This document shows, one piece after another, positions 1 through 8,921 of a DNA stretch of 55,375 bases. The notes beneath the pieces were generated by a model that had not been told where the DNA came from, did not search any database, and saw only the letters and a program-made list of their open reading frames with translations. This stretch comes from a virus (taxonomy: Duplodnaviria > Caudoviricetes), in IMG/VR virus record IMGVR_UViG_3300008110_000371, positions 1 through 55,375 of that record; one strand, written 5' to 3'. A program made the position numbers and the translations under genes. Position 1 is the first letter of the stretch. Every line of letters begins with the position of its first letter.

Positions 1-481
1 TACCTGAATCGGTAAGCACAAGCGTGTAAGACGAAGCGCCTCCAGAGGTTTGCGGTGCAGTCCTAAAGCCTACGGAATTTGTACCATCTACTGTACAACT
101 AGAGAGCGTTCCAGAAGACGGTGTACCTAAAGCCCCGCCTGGAGCTACGTAATCCGTTCCTGCTGTTGCAGCAGAGATCGCTGTGCCGTTACCCTTGAGA
201 ACACCTGTAACTGATGTTGAAAGCGTAATCGCTGGAGTCGTGCTTGCGTTTGCAACTGATCCAGCTAGTCCATTAGCCGAAACAACCGAAACAGTCGTCA
301 CTGTACCAGCACCAGCCGGAGAACTAAATGTAAGATTCCCAGACCCGTCAGTGCTTAGATACTGACCATTCGTACCGTCAACACCTGGAAGTGTAAATGT
401 TGTGCTTGATGACGTATTAGCCGATTGCAGCGTGGTTGTCCCAGTGCCGCTTGCATTACCTTGGACCTTGAGATTACTCAT
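1..481 (-). CDS. Tail fiber/tail structural protein, N-terminal part (runs off the window start)
   Basis: Manual translation from ATG at 481: MSNLKVQGNASGTGTTTLQSANTSSSTTFTLPGVDGTNGQYLSTDGSGNLTF...; Thr/Gly/Ser-rich with a 'GQYLSTDGSGNLTF' fiber-type motif; follows tail genes; not in the ORF track. Confidence 0.7.
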   Translation of the reverse strand, partial: MSNLKVQGNASGTGTTTLQSANTSSSTTFTLPGVDGTNGQYLSTDGSGNLTFSSPAGAGTVTTVSVVSANGLAGSVANASTTPAITLSTSVTGVLKGNGTAISAATAGTDYVAPGGALGTPSSGTLSSCTVDGTNSVGFRTAPQTSGGASSYTLVLTDSG

Positions 482-487
482 GTGATT

Positions 488-934
488 TCACCCAAAAATA
501 AGCCACGCTTGATCTGTAGACACCGTGACTGCCTTGCCTGTGTTAATCGTAATTGGCCCCACGGCGCTAGCGTTATTACCTACCGGAATCTTATAACTGC
601 TTGTGATGGTTTGATTGTTTAGTGAAAACAGCGTATTTGACGCCGGGAACGTTACAAAAACATTCTTTGTCCCTGCCGGAAAATCAACAAGGTTTGCGTT
701 ATTACTTGACGAAAGTACCGAATCTCTAGATAGCGTAGTGCCTGAAGCAGTATAAGTGCCTACCCCAACTTCCCAATACGTTCCTGATTGATCGGCAATA
801 CTATAGAGCGTCGAGTTGCCATCACCTACCGCAGCAAAGGATTGAAACCCCGTTACAGCACCAGCAAGGGTTACCGTCCCCGTTCCAGTGGTTGTCGTGG
901 TTTCTTGAACCCGATCTGCAAGAACAAAAGCCAT
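488..934 (-). CDS. Putative tail/virion structural protein
   Basis: [24 protein letters not shown]-terminus typical of phage tail-fiber-associated proteins; structural operon context. Confidence 0.65.
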   Translation of the reverse strand: MAFVLADRVQETTTTTGTGTVTLAGAVTGFQSFAAVGDGNSTLYSIADQSGTYWEVGVGTYTASGTTLSRDSVLSSSNNANLVDFPAGTKNVFVTFPASNTLFSLNNQTITSSYKIPVGNNASAVGPITINTGKAVTVSTDQAWLIFG

Positions 935-1509
935 TACGCAGACAAGCTAAAGGTATAAGTCACAAGCACCACGTCACCTGAGACTACTGAACGATCACCG
1001 GGGGAATCAAAGTCCTTGGCTGAAAACAGTGTCCCTGTTGTACCGCCTTTGGTGTTGTTACTTGTTAAAAACGCACCGCCGACGGTTGTTGTGGCGTTCA
1101 TGGTGAACTGCGCTTTACTTGCAGAATTAGTCACAACCGACGGGTTAGCATTGGTTGCAGAGGCAAAAGTTGCCGTCGGACGATCTGCTTCACTGTAATC
1201 AGTTACTTCGGTCCACCCTGCATGAGAAGACATCGTATCTCCGGCAGCGGGGTTGTTACTTGACGCTGCGCCGTATAACCCAAGATACCAAGTCGTAATC
1301 TGCGCCGTATTTGTTAGTGCGCTGCCAGCCATGTATTGAAGCCCGACATTGACCACAAGGTTCTTGGACTCATCTGTCCACTTGAGATTACCGTCTTTGT
1401 CGTAACACTCAATCAAAAACCGGCCTGTGGCCTTTAACCCTTCCGACGATCCGGGGTTGGTAATCAGACCGCAAGTGGCTGTGTCTGTTGCTTTAGCTGT
1501 AAGCTTCAT
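934..1509 (-). CDS. Putative tail/virion structural protein
   Basis: '[11 protein letters not shown]...' Thr/Ala-rich beta protein; stop overlaps the next start. Confidence 0.6.
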   Translation of the reverse strand: MKLTAKATDTATCGLITNPGSSEGLKATGRFLIECYDKDGNLKWTDESKNLVVNVGLQYMAGSALTNTAQITTWYLGLYGAASSNNPAAGDTMSSHAGWTEVTDYSEADRPTATFASATNANPSVVTNSASKAQFTMNATTTVGGAFLTSNNTKGGTTGTLFSAKDFDSPGDRSVVSGDVVLVTYTFSLSA

Positions 1510-1519
1510 GGTGTATTCC

Positions 1520-1975
1520 TTACAAAATCCGAATGATTGCAGTAGATGCAGAAGCGGAAGGAAATTGAATCTGAAAAGTTTGATTCAAAGTCACCTGATC
1601 TCCGCCAAAACTTATAACAGCACACGCCGCGTTAGAGGCTGAGGCATTGTAAATTAAGGCCCCAGATGAAGTAAACGATGCTGCACTCCAACTAACGTTC
1701 GCAAAAGTCACCACGGAGGCGGTCCCATCCGCAACAGGCGTCACTGAAGCTAGCGTCTCGCCACCTGCGGTGTAGCCGCCTCCCGTGCTGAGTTCATTCG
1801 ATCCCATTTGGGAGTAATTGGTGGTTGATGCGCCATAGGTCCCGGATCCAGTTCCAAGGCTTTTGAACAAAGCAATCTTAAAAACATCTCCGCCCGGGTT
1901 CGAAAAGTTATGAATACCCTTCAAAAGCTCCACTTTGAAGCTTGTTGGCATTGCCGTAGTGATTGAAAGCGCCAT
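1520..1975 (-). CDS. Putative virion structural protein
   Basis: 'TSFKVELLKGIHNF...FKIALF...GYTAGG' pattern, common in phage tail regions. Confidence 0.6.
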   Translation of the reverse strand: MALSITTAMPTSFKVELLKGIHNFSNPGGDVFKIALFKSLGTGSGTYGASTTNYSQMGSNELSTGGGYTAGGETLASVTPVADGTASVVTFANVSWSAASFTSSGALIYNASASNAACAVISFGGDQVTLNQTFQIQFPSASASTAIIRIL

Positions 1976-1976
1976 A

Positions 1977-2780
1977 CTAAGGTCCTGGGCTCACTGACTT
2001 GATGGGCAACCGGATCATGCCGTCTCTGTATTCATCACGACGACGACGTCCCTGCTGTTCCAGGCCCAAGCCTTGTATAGCTTGTTGATAGCTCTGGTTG
2101 AAATAGTTCAGCATTTCAGGCGGTCCTTTGGTATAACTGTAGGCCTGAATCAAACAGGCATAGAGCAATGCTTCCGGTGCATTAATGCTGATCCATGTCT
2201 CGGGATTCGTGCTTGCAAGCTGCGCAGGGCGGTAGATGTAGCCTAGTTCAACCGTATACCCACTGCTTGGTGTAGGAGCAATGTAAAAAGTAGATTGGCT
2301 CCAAACCGAGTAATATTTTGGTACACCAGAGGGGGTCGCCGTTCCAGTGCCAGAACCCACGCCAGTAGCAGTAAACGTAGTACCCGGTGAGTTGGCTGCT
2401 GCTCCAATTGCGGTGAAATCAGTTGTGCCTACAGAAATAATGGTGTAGACGGTACCAATATTAAAACTTCCAGCAGTTTCCGTGACTCCAGGCCAATATT
2501 CTTTCATGAACGACGTGTCACGAAAATCCAAAAAGATCTGGTCATCGCCACTTGTAAGCAACAAGTACCGGTGAGTGAGGAGGTCTGAAGGCGTTGTAAG
2601 AAACTTATTGCCTGCGGTAAGAACGCCTGACTGTTCTTTCTTGAAGTAATCCAGGTCGATATCACGGAGAATGCGATTCTCCGCCATTGTAATAAATGTG
2701 TTAATTACCGAGTTGCTAAAGACATTACTGTCCACCTCGGTGTAGTTTCTAATGTTGGTGACGAGTTCGTCGTAAGTCAT
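1977..2780 (-). CDS. Head-tail adaptor / tail tubular protein A-like
   Basis: MTYDELV..IRNYTE, 'FITMAENRI', 'G.PKYY', 'APTP...YTVEL.Y', 'P.ALLYACL' adaptor-like motifs. Confidence 0.65.
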   Translation of the reverse strand: MTYDELVTNIRNYTEVDSNVFSNSVINTFITMAENRILRDIDLDYFKKEQSGVLTAGNKFLTTPSDLLTHRYLLLTSGDDQIFLDFRDTSFMKEYWPGVTETAGSFNIGTVYTIISVGTTDFTAIGAAANSPGTTFTATGVGSGTGTATPSGVPKYYSVWSQSTFYIAPTPSSGYTVELGYIYRPAQLASTNPETWISINAPEALLYACLIQAYSYTKGPPEMLNYFNQSYQQAIQGLGLEQQGRRRRDEYRDGMIRLPIKSVSPGP

Positions 2781-3139
2781 GAAATCACCACGGTGACGTT
2801 GCCAACAAACCCGTATCCGGCAACAAAAGCCTGGGGTGGGTACGGCTGCATGTCTGTGCGATTAGTCGTACTGAACCCAGAACCAATGCTTTGGAACGGC
2901 GCGCTAAAACCTGGAGTTCCAAGATAGATTGTAACCGGCTCAACGCGATCAACGCGAGGATCTTTAAGCGCAATCGCATCGCCTCGATACTTAAGCGGGT
3001 AGAGTTGCGGCTCTTTGGGCTCATAGTCGTCAGGACAGACCATGAACCCGCGCCAGTTCTTGCGCAAGGTATTGTAGGAGTACCGCTGGCCGCAGTAATC
3101 ACACAGGCCGAAGGAGAATTTGCCTGTTGCAAAGGACAT
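2777..3139 (-). CDS. Conserved phage protein with CxxC motif
   Basis: CDYCG...W.GFMVCPDDYEPKEPQL; overlapping-start coupling with neighbours. Confidence 0.6.
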   Translation of the reverse strand: MSFATGKFSFGLCDYCGQRYSYNTLRKNWRGFMVCPDDYEPKEPQLYPLKYRGDAIALKDPRVDRVEPVTIYLGTPGFSAPFQSIGSGFSTTNRTDMQPYPPQAFVAGYGFVGNVTVVIS

Positions 3140-3142
3140 AGC

Positions 3143-3808
3143 CTACTGCCCGAAGTCGGGGATAAAGAGTGCGCTTGCTGTGTCACGATCTTCTGCCGCT
3201 GCGCGTGCAAAGTCTTCTTCGTAGATCTGCTTCAGCATGACCGTCCGCTCAGGCGCGTATTTCAACGAAATCTGATAAGCAAGCCCGGAAGCGAGGCAAG
3301 GCAAAAAACGGAAGTTGACATCTGCCGTATTGGTATAGGTGCCCGCATCCTGGATCCGGCGAATGCGGTAGTAAACCAGCGTGTAAGCAAGATTGGGTGA
3401 TGGGTACAAAAAGACCTTGAACGTGTTAGCACGTTGTACGTATAACTGTGCAGGCTGGGCTTGCACAGTTTTATCGGGTAGGTCTAAGTACTCCTCGCGA
3501 CTGATCCGATCAAGCGTGATGTCTTGCTGCGGACTTACTCCTGGCAAACGGATGACCGCCGAGAGCACGTTGACCGTATCTGATCCAAGCGTGATCTCGT
3601 ATCCCCCAGGAGACAAGGTATAAGACGCTTGCTCAATGGTCCAGAGGTTCAGACCACGATTGGCCCAGTCTAAAAAGAGCAGGTTTAACGACCGTCGCGC
3701 AGACGACAATTGATATCCCGCCGTGGGACGCATGCCGCAGCGCTCAAAAGCCTCTTCGATTAAGTCATCAATCGAGAGGTTAAAGTCGGTTGTTCCTGAA
3801 GTTGCCAT
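3143..3808 (-). CDS. Head-tail connector/adaptor protein
   Basis: MATSGTTDFNL.IDDLIEEAFERCG...ARRSLNLLF.DWANRGLNLWT, a conserved podophage adaptor-like family. Confidence 0.65.
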   Translation of the reverse strand: MATSGTTDFNLSIDDLIEEAFERCGMRPTAGYQLSSARRSLNLLFLDWANRGLNLWTIEQASYTLSPGGYEITLGSDTVNVLSAVIRLPGVSPQQDITLDRISREEYLDLPDKTVQAQPAQLYVQRANTFKVFLYPSPNLAYTLVYYRIRRIQDAGTYTNTADVNFRFLPCLASGLAYQISLKYAPERTVMLKQIYEEDFARAAAEDRDTASALFIPDFGQ

Positions 3809-4006
3809 TTACGCGCAGCTAGAGCCGCCCATTTTCATTTTCTTAACACCCTTCATGGCCATGCGCTTGTGCTGGTTGACCAGCCCGCCATTAGCCATCA
3901 ACACAGGACCCGTTTTCTCGCTGGTTTTACTCAGCATCTTGTTGCGCGGTCCTGAAGTTACCGCACCGCCGCCGCGCGTTGCCGCGCCCATGCCACGTCC
4001 AGCCAT
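3809..4006 (-). CDS. Small basic protein (putative internal head protein)
   Basis: 65 aa, Lys/Met/Gly-rich; GMGAATRGG, MANGGLV and MKMGG motifs. Confidence 0.55.
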   Translation of the reverse strand: MAGRGMGAATRGGGAVTSGPRNKMLSKTSEKTGPVLMANGGLVNQHKRMAMKGVKKMKMGGSSCA

Positions 4007-4008
4007 GA

Positions 4009-4173
4009 TTATTTCCCCTTTTTGGCCATTTTCATGGCTTTGCCGCCTTTCTTCATGCCCATGGGCATGGGAGGCATCTTGGGCATAGCACGGCCCATCG
4101 CGTCTTTGGTCTTGCGCTTGACTGCACGGCCCATGTCATCAGCCATACCACCTTTTTGATAACTCTTCATCAT
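4009..4173 (-). CDS. Small basic Met/Lys-rich protein (54 aa, below the ORF-track cutoff)
   Basis: Manual translation MMKSYQKGGMADDMGRAVKRKTKDAMGRAMPKMPPMPMGMKKGGKAMKMAKKGK; start overlaps the upstream stop. Confidence 0.6.
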   Translation of the reverse strand: MMKSYQKGGMADDMGRAVKRKTKDAMGRAMPKMPPMPMGMKKGGKAMKMAKKGK

Positions 4174-4331
4174 GATTTGTTCACCTTTTTTGCGGTTTTT
4201 GCAGACTCCTTAAAAGCTTGCGCCGTAGGAGCACCCTTGGAACCAACTTTGCGCATCTTTTCGCCCGATCCAGCAGCAATACGCTTGCGCTTGGCGTTGA
4301 TATTTGCGTACAGTCCTGGCTTAGTGGCCAT
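4170..4331 (-). CDS. Small basic protein (53 aa, below the ORF-track cutoff)
   Basis: Manual translation MATKPGLYANINAKRKRIAAGSGEKMRKVGSKGAPTAQAFKESAKTAKKVNKS; fills the operon gap exactly. Confidence 0.65.
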   Translation of the reverse strand: MATKPGLYANINAKRKRIAAGSGEKMRKVGSKGAPTAQAFKESAKTAKKVNKS

Positions 4332-4336
4332 CTTCA

Positions 4337-4588
4337 CTATCCCTTTTTCGCGAGGGCATCAATTTTTGACTCAAGTCTTTCAAAGCCTGTGTCAAACCGT
4401 TCCATAATCTTTTCAAGGTCCGCACGAACCTCTGCACGAGTGATGTGATCACGGGCAATTTCCTCCCGAGTTCTATTGAGCAGAATCTGAATGCGCTTCT
4501 GCTCGTCGTGATTCATCTTAATCATAAACATGACTAAGGCAACGAAAAACGACGTTACTAAATTCCAAACAATGACTCCGGTATCCAT
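4337..4588 (-). CDS. Hypothetical protein with N-terminal TM helix and coiled coil
   Basis: Hydrophobic VIVWNLVTSFFVALVMFMI followed by 'LLNRTREEIA' coiled coil. Confidence 0.6.
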   Translation of the reverse strand: MDTGVIVWNLVTSFFVALVMFMIKMNHDEQKRIQILLNRTREEIARDHITRAEVRADLEKIMERFDTGFERLESKIDALAKKG

Positions 4589-4876
4589 TTAACACTTCCA
4601 TCTGCGTCGAGCCTGCCTTATACGGCTGTTTGGGTCTTTGGCTGCTTCAGGAAACTGCTTCATCTGGCCCGCTGAACGAGCACAGAATGACTTCCTTCGC
4701 GCAGCGTCTTTAGGTCCCGGATTGTCCGAGGTTACCGCTGTTTTGAGTTTGCTGCCAGGGTTGGCACGGCGATAGGCTTCGACGCCCTTTTGCGTCATGC
4801 CTGCGCCCTGCTTGGTCGGTCGAAAGTTACCGCTCTTGACCGACGTCGCAATGCCCATGCCCTTGGACTTAGCCAT
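4589..4876 (-). CDS. Conserved basic phage protein
   Basis: 'RRANPGSKLKTAV...RRKSFCARS...DPNSR...ARRRWKC', a recurrent phage head-region family. Confidence 0.65.
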   Translation of the reverse strand: MAKSKGMGIATSVKSGNFRPTKQGAGMTQKGVEAYRRANPGSKLKTAVTSDNPGPKDAARRKSFCARSAGQMKQFPEAAKDPNSRIRQARRRWKC

Positions 4877-5178
4877 TACTGTGCTGCTCCACCGTAAAAA
4901 AGCAGCGTTACGCTGGTGACATTGACATCGTTGACGTCAATAAACACACCATCATCAAACAAAATACCCATGTCCGGGATGATGAGATCACTGGCCCCTG
5001 CCGAAGCAGGCGTGTTGATAGTCATTAACGCAGTGCCCGAAGAGGTGCTGCCGTTCTTCAGGGCAAATGAAGATGCTGTGGCCGTGTTGGTGAAGTACAC
5101 ACCAATCACCCGCGTGCGCCCAGCAATCGCGTGGGCATCGGCAGTCTTGGTGACTGCCTGGATATTACTGGCGCTCAT
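4876..5178 (-). CDS. Putative virion structural protein
   Basis: 100 aa beta-rich, 'IPDMGILFDDGV'; head operon. Confidence 0.55.
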   Translation of the reverse strand: MSASNIQAVTKTADAHAIAGRTRVIGVYFTNTATASSFALKNGSTSSGTALMTINTPASAGASDLIIPDMGILFDDGVFIDVNDVNVTSVTLLFYGGAAQ

Positions 5179-5190
5179 CAGAGCCTCCTA

Positions 5191-5643
5191 TTAAGAGGCT
5201 TGCGTAAAGGTGATGCCAGCAGCAACCGCGCAAAAGCCCTTAGCAAACCAATTTGTACCGTCGCTGATGACAGTGACCATATCGCCAGCCACCGCTTGGC
5301 CATCAACAAAAGAGATGGTGTCATCGGCGGTTCCTGTATCACCAGCCACGCCCGCTGCATTGACCGCTTGACCCTTAATAATGTTTGCGCTTGATGCAGT
5401 TACTATGGTGTAACTGGCACCGGAAGGGGCCGTTTTAACAATAAAGGTGTAGGTCAATCCGGCTACAGGAGCAGGCAGTGTTGTTGCAAATTCAGTAGCT
5501 GAATTCAAGAAAAACGTAGTACCTGATTGCGCGGCGGTCAATGTGGAAGCATCGGTCAGCTCGGTGTAGGCAACTGCGCCTGTAATGTTGCCGATGAACC
5601 CATTGTCAGATATGACTGGGCCGCTAAAGGTTGTGTTTGCCAT
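5191..5643 (-). CDS. Putative head decoration/structural protein
   Basis: MANTTFSGPVIS.NGF N-terminus typical of genes just downstream of MCP in this phage type; GAGG SD. Confidence 0.6.
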   Translation of the reverse strand: MANTTFSGPVISDNGFIGNITGAVAYTELTDASTLTAAQSGTTFFLNSATEFATTLPAPVAGLTYTFIVKTAPSGASYTIVTASSANIIKGQAVNAAGVAGDTGTADDTISFVDGQAVAGDMVTVISDGTNWFAKGFCAVAAGITFTQAS

Positions 5644-5740
5644 TAGATCCTCACATGCGATGTCGGTGTATTAGTCTGCATGTCGTCAGCCGGGACTGTC
5701 TAATACACCGGGCTAACCCCGGAATACAGGCACTGTAGCA

Positions 5741-7300
5741 CTATGGCGCGGAGGATGCAATGCCGTTATAGACCCACCGTTTTTTACCACAATCGTAGAT
5801 CCTTCTTGCACCCATCAAATAGGTCATCTCTGCCTCAGATCGTGGGTCAGTATCGGCGTCAAAAAAGTCTGTACTTCCATGTTCAATCAGACGTTTTTGA
5901 ATATTTTTACGCTGATAGTGGCTCTTGGGCCAAAGCCCCGTTTTTTGGCTCCAAACCTGATAGTCAGCGGGAATCTCTTCCTCAAGTTTAAAACCTAACT
6001 TCTCGTACATGCCTCCGTCAAAGTAACGATTGTCTGAGAAACTCTTAATCACCACGTCTCCATGGTCTTGCAAAAAGGCCCGAAACAGACGTGATGCAGC
6101 TCCCACTACGGTGATGCGTGTTGCAAATCGAGACAGTGTCCAAACCCGTTCCGTGGCCCCACGATCGTTGGCTCCAAAAGTAAACCGCATACACGCAACA
6201 AGCGCATCGCCATGGTAAAGACCGTAGTGAATGCCTGATCCATTGCCTCCTTGCGGATGGTAACGGTCATAAAACCTCCTGGCATCCAGTGAATCAACCT
6301 TGCGTAAAGCACACTTCCTTGCCATCAACCTGCCTTTGGACCTGCCAACAGCATTTCTAAGCAACCTTCGGACAGCGAACTCGTGTTCCTCCCATTCTGA
6401 CTCAAAGATAGTAATCAAACGGATACCAAGATCGCGACAATCTTGATGCTTTTGAACATGCTTACGCTTGTTTTCCAACTCGTCTTGGGCACTCTCATGG
6501 GAATGCCAATACATCCCGCAATATTCAACGGCCAGACGGTGTTCAGGTAGGTAAATATCAAGCTCCTTGCCTCCCAGTATCTTTCGGTTTCGGGTCTCAA
6601 CCGGTGTGAACATTGACAAAAAACGTCCGACTCTGTCTTCTTGTCTTGACAGTAAATGTCCACATTGTGGACACCCGTGGGCTCGCTTTAGGTGATGTTC
6701 CGCTGTTTGGGTAAAAACGCCATGCTCCTTGCAGTGAATCTCAAGTTTTGATCTCGCACCCAGGTAAACCGTACTACTGTAATCGTACCGATTTCCGTGG
6801 ACACCCAGAGCTTCCTCAACAAAGCGATCACCAAAGACTCGTTTTTTGGTGTCGGCGGTTTTCTTAGCGGCACTTGAGATGTTGAGTCTTTTTCCACGAC
6901 TCAAGGCACCACAAGACGGACACCCTTGCTTTTCGTATAAATGCTTAAGTGGTGTAATGAAAAAATCACCGTGATCCGCACAGGTCACGGTAATCTTAGT
7001 TGTCATGTTGACGTATTGTGTTTTTTCGTAGCCATAGCGACTGCGATGAGCCTCAGAAGCTCTTTCCGCAAACTCCACAGGATCCATCCGTCTGGATTGG
7101 ATACGCTTTTCTTCACCACATCGAGGGCATCCTGCTCCGTTTTTACGCAATTGTGCTGAATACTGTTGAAAGGGTCCGTGTTGAAAGCAGACGATTCCCG
7201 TTATAGGCTTAAGCGCAGAAACATAAATAGCTTGTGAAAAGTCGTAGCGCTGACGAACAGCGTCAGGAAATTTTGCAACAACTTGTTGAGTAGTAAGCAT
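5741..7300 (-). CDS. Free-standing Hef-like homing endonuclease (CxxHG/CPxC Zn-ribbon repeats, Vsr/DUF559-like nuclease, GNAT-like C-terminal domain)
   Basis: Three 'Y.Y....Y......I.C..HG.F......H.....GCP.CG' repeats; 'ELDIYLPEHRLAVEYCGMYWHS' nuclease motif; C-terminal 'VVGAASRLF...SFSDNRYFDGGMYEKLGF'. Confidence 0.7.
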   Translation of the reverse strand: MLTTQQVVAKFPDAVRQRYDFSQAIYVSALKPITGIVCFQHGPFQQYSAQLRKNGAGCPRCGEEKRIQSRRMDPVEFAERASEAHRSRYGYEKTQYVNMTTKITVTCADHGDFFITPLKHLYEKQGCPSCGALSRGKRLNISSAAKKTADTKKRVFGDRFVEEALGVHGNRYDYSSTVYLGARSKLEIHCKEHGVFTQTAEHHLKRAHGCPQCGHLLSRQEDRVGRFLSMFTPVETRNRKILGGKELDIYLPEHRLAVEYCGMYWHSHESAQDELENKRKHVQKHQDCRDLGIRLITIFESEWEEHEFAVRRLLRNAVGRSKGRLMARKCALRKVDSLDARRFYDRYHPQGGNGSGIHYGLYHGDALVACMRFTFGANDRGATERVWTLSRFATRITVVGAASRLFRAFLQDHGDVVIKSFSDNRYFDGGMYEKLGFKLEEEIPADYQVWSQKTGLWPKSHYQRKNIQKRLIEHGSTDFFDADTDPRSEAEMTYLMGARRIYDCGKKRWVYNGIASSAP

Positions 7301-7328
7301 AACGGCTCTCCTGTATGTAATGTTGCCT

Positions 7329-7357
7329 ATTATACATGGGATTACCGATTATGCGAA
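7329..7357 (-). promoter_or_regulatory. Putative sigma70 promoter for the Hef-like gene
   Basis: Minus strand TTCGCA-N17-TATAAT, then AGGAG SD before ATG 7300. Confidence 0.5.
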
Positions 7358-7382
7358 AAGAAAGGCCGCCCGAAGGCGGCCT
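7356..7382 (-). terminator. Rho-independent terminator after the major capsid gene
   Basis: AGGCCGCC-TTCG-GGCGGCCT followed by TTCTTTT (cUUCGg tetraloop). Confidence 0.85.
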
Positions 7383-7408
7383 CTCGCAATCAAGCTAAGT
7401 GCTTGATT

Positions 7409-8317
7409 TTATGCAGCTCCAGGGCTTCCAAAGAGGCCTCGTGGATCACTGAACCCAAACGAGTACCTCTCACGCGCCTTGTACCTTACGTTACCGGTGT
7501 CGAAGTCGCCTTCAAAACCAGTACGCATAGCCACGCGCTCAAACATCTTCATGCCGTTAGGTGCATCCGTCTTGATGAAGTATGCATCTGGGTCGGTCAG
7601 GAAGTGGTTGACCACATAACCCTGCGGAATCATGCCCATGTTTTTGATGGCATTGATGTCGTTGTCTGCTGTTCCAACACGCAGCGTGGACTTCATGATG
7701 CGATCAGCGGTAAACATGAGCTCTTTCGGGATGATCAACTTCAAACCTTGGACAGCGATCTTCAGGCCACGTTCATCGGTGAACGCTGCGATGTCGATCA
7801 AGGACTGCTCAAGCGAGGTTTCCGAAAGGTCAGCAGGGGTAGCCAGCTCGTTAGCCAGATCAGGGCCGCCAAGGGTCGGGTGATCGAGCGCGCACAAGGG
7901 CTTGCCGTCGCCACCAAGCGAGGTGGTGAAAGCGCCGTTGAGCACCGCAGCAGCTTTGATCTGCTTGGTTTGCGCCATGGAACGAGCCAAAGCCTTGGTA
8001 TAACGCGCTGCAAGACGGTCGTAGAGGTTGTCCTCAACGGCTTCTTCGGTCAGCGAGAATGCCAAAGCAATGGTTTCGTGGGTGTAGCGAGCGGTGTAAA
8101 CCTCTTGCGCGTTGTCGTATGCGACACCAGCGCCTTCAGTCTTGACCGGAGCCTCACCAAACCCGGATTCCATGACTTCCTCTTCAAACGCACGATCAGA
8201 AGACTCGACAGCATAGATCTGCAAGTGTTCGTTCTCGTAGTTCTTATACTCCAGGCCAAAAAGGGCATTGAGTCCAGGCTCAAGCTCTTTAACCAGTTGG
8301 GCACGTGAAATTGCCAT
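7409..8317 (-). CDS. Major capsid protein
   Basis: MAISRAQLVKELEPGLNALFGLEY...ARYTHETIALAFSLTEEA.EDNLY...KARERYSFGFSDPRG; follows scaffold and decoration genes. Confidence 0.9.
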   Translation of the reverse strand: MAISRAQLVKELEPGLNALFGLEYKNYENEHLQIYAVESSDRAFEEEVMESGFGEAPVKTEGAGVAYDNAQEVYTARYTHETIALAFSLTEEAVEDNLYDRLAARYTKALARSMAQTKQIKAAAVLNGAFTTSLGGDGKPLCALDHPTLGGPDLANELATPADLSETSLEQSLIDIAAFTDERGLKIAVQGLKLIIPKELMFTADRIMKSTLRVGTADNDINAIKNMGMIPQGYVVNHFLTDPDAYFIKTDAPNGMKMFERVAMRTGFEGDFDTGNVRYKARERYSFGFSDPRGLFGSPGAA

Positions 8318-8319
8318 GA

Positions 8320-8901
8320 TTAAGCTCCTTGTCCAGCAACACCAGCACTGCCGTACAGGTGCTCATTGATCTTCACAACAACCACGGCATTGGTCCCAAA
8401 GGTGTTGCCTGGGACATCCCATAGACCAACAATCTTAAGGTTTAACGCTGCGGTTTTTGCAATCGTCGAAGAGTCGAGTTCCATGCTGGAAACACCTGTG
8501 GTGGTGCTGCCGCCGGTGCCTACGATGTCGGCGTTTTTACCGATATCAGTCTGCGCAACAGACTCATCAACCTGGATGATAAACAGTTGACTGGGGTCAT
8601 CAATCACGTCTGCCGTGATCTTGCCCTGGGTGATATTCACCGAACCGGGATAGAAGTTTTTCCAGGTCGGCTTGCCTGTGGTGGGATCAATGTAATTACA
8701 ACCATTGAACACGCCAACTGCTGCGGTGTGAGTTGCTGGAGCAAATTTCACCAGATACCCATCATAAACGGTGACTAGGTCACCCTGATAAATAGCGCCT
8801 GATTGGTTATCTGCGATTTCATAGCCATACTGCTTTTGAGCGCCAGTGGCCGACAGATTACCAAGCGGACGCAAACCAAAGGGCTTATCTACGTTAGCCA
8901 T
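8320..8901 (-). CDS. Capsid-associated (cement/decoration-like) protein
   Basis: MAN.D.PFGLRP...GVFNGCNY.DPTTGKP; directly upstream of MCP. Confidence 0.65.
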   Translation of the reverse strand: MANVDKPFGLRPLGNLSATGAQKQYGYEIADNQSGAIYQGDLVTVYDGYLVKFAPATHTAAVGVFNGCNYIDPTTGKPTWKNFYPGSVNITQGKITADVIDDPSQLFIIQVDESVAQTDIGKNADIVGTGGSTTTGVSSMELDSSTIAKTAALNLKIVGLWDVPGNTFGTNAVVVVKINEHLYGSAGVAGQGA

Positions 8902-8921
8902 TTGTCGTTCCTTTTAAAAAG

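Noticed and set aside
7283-8308. 341-aa plus-strand ORF
   Set aside because: Antisense shadow of the major capsid gene with no motifs
8298-8314. Partial parS-like CACGTGAAA at the MCP start
   Set aside because: Only one half-site matches; explained by the conserved ISRA codons
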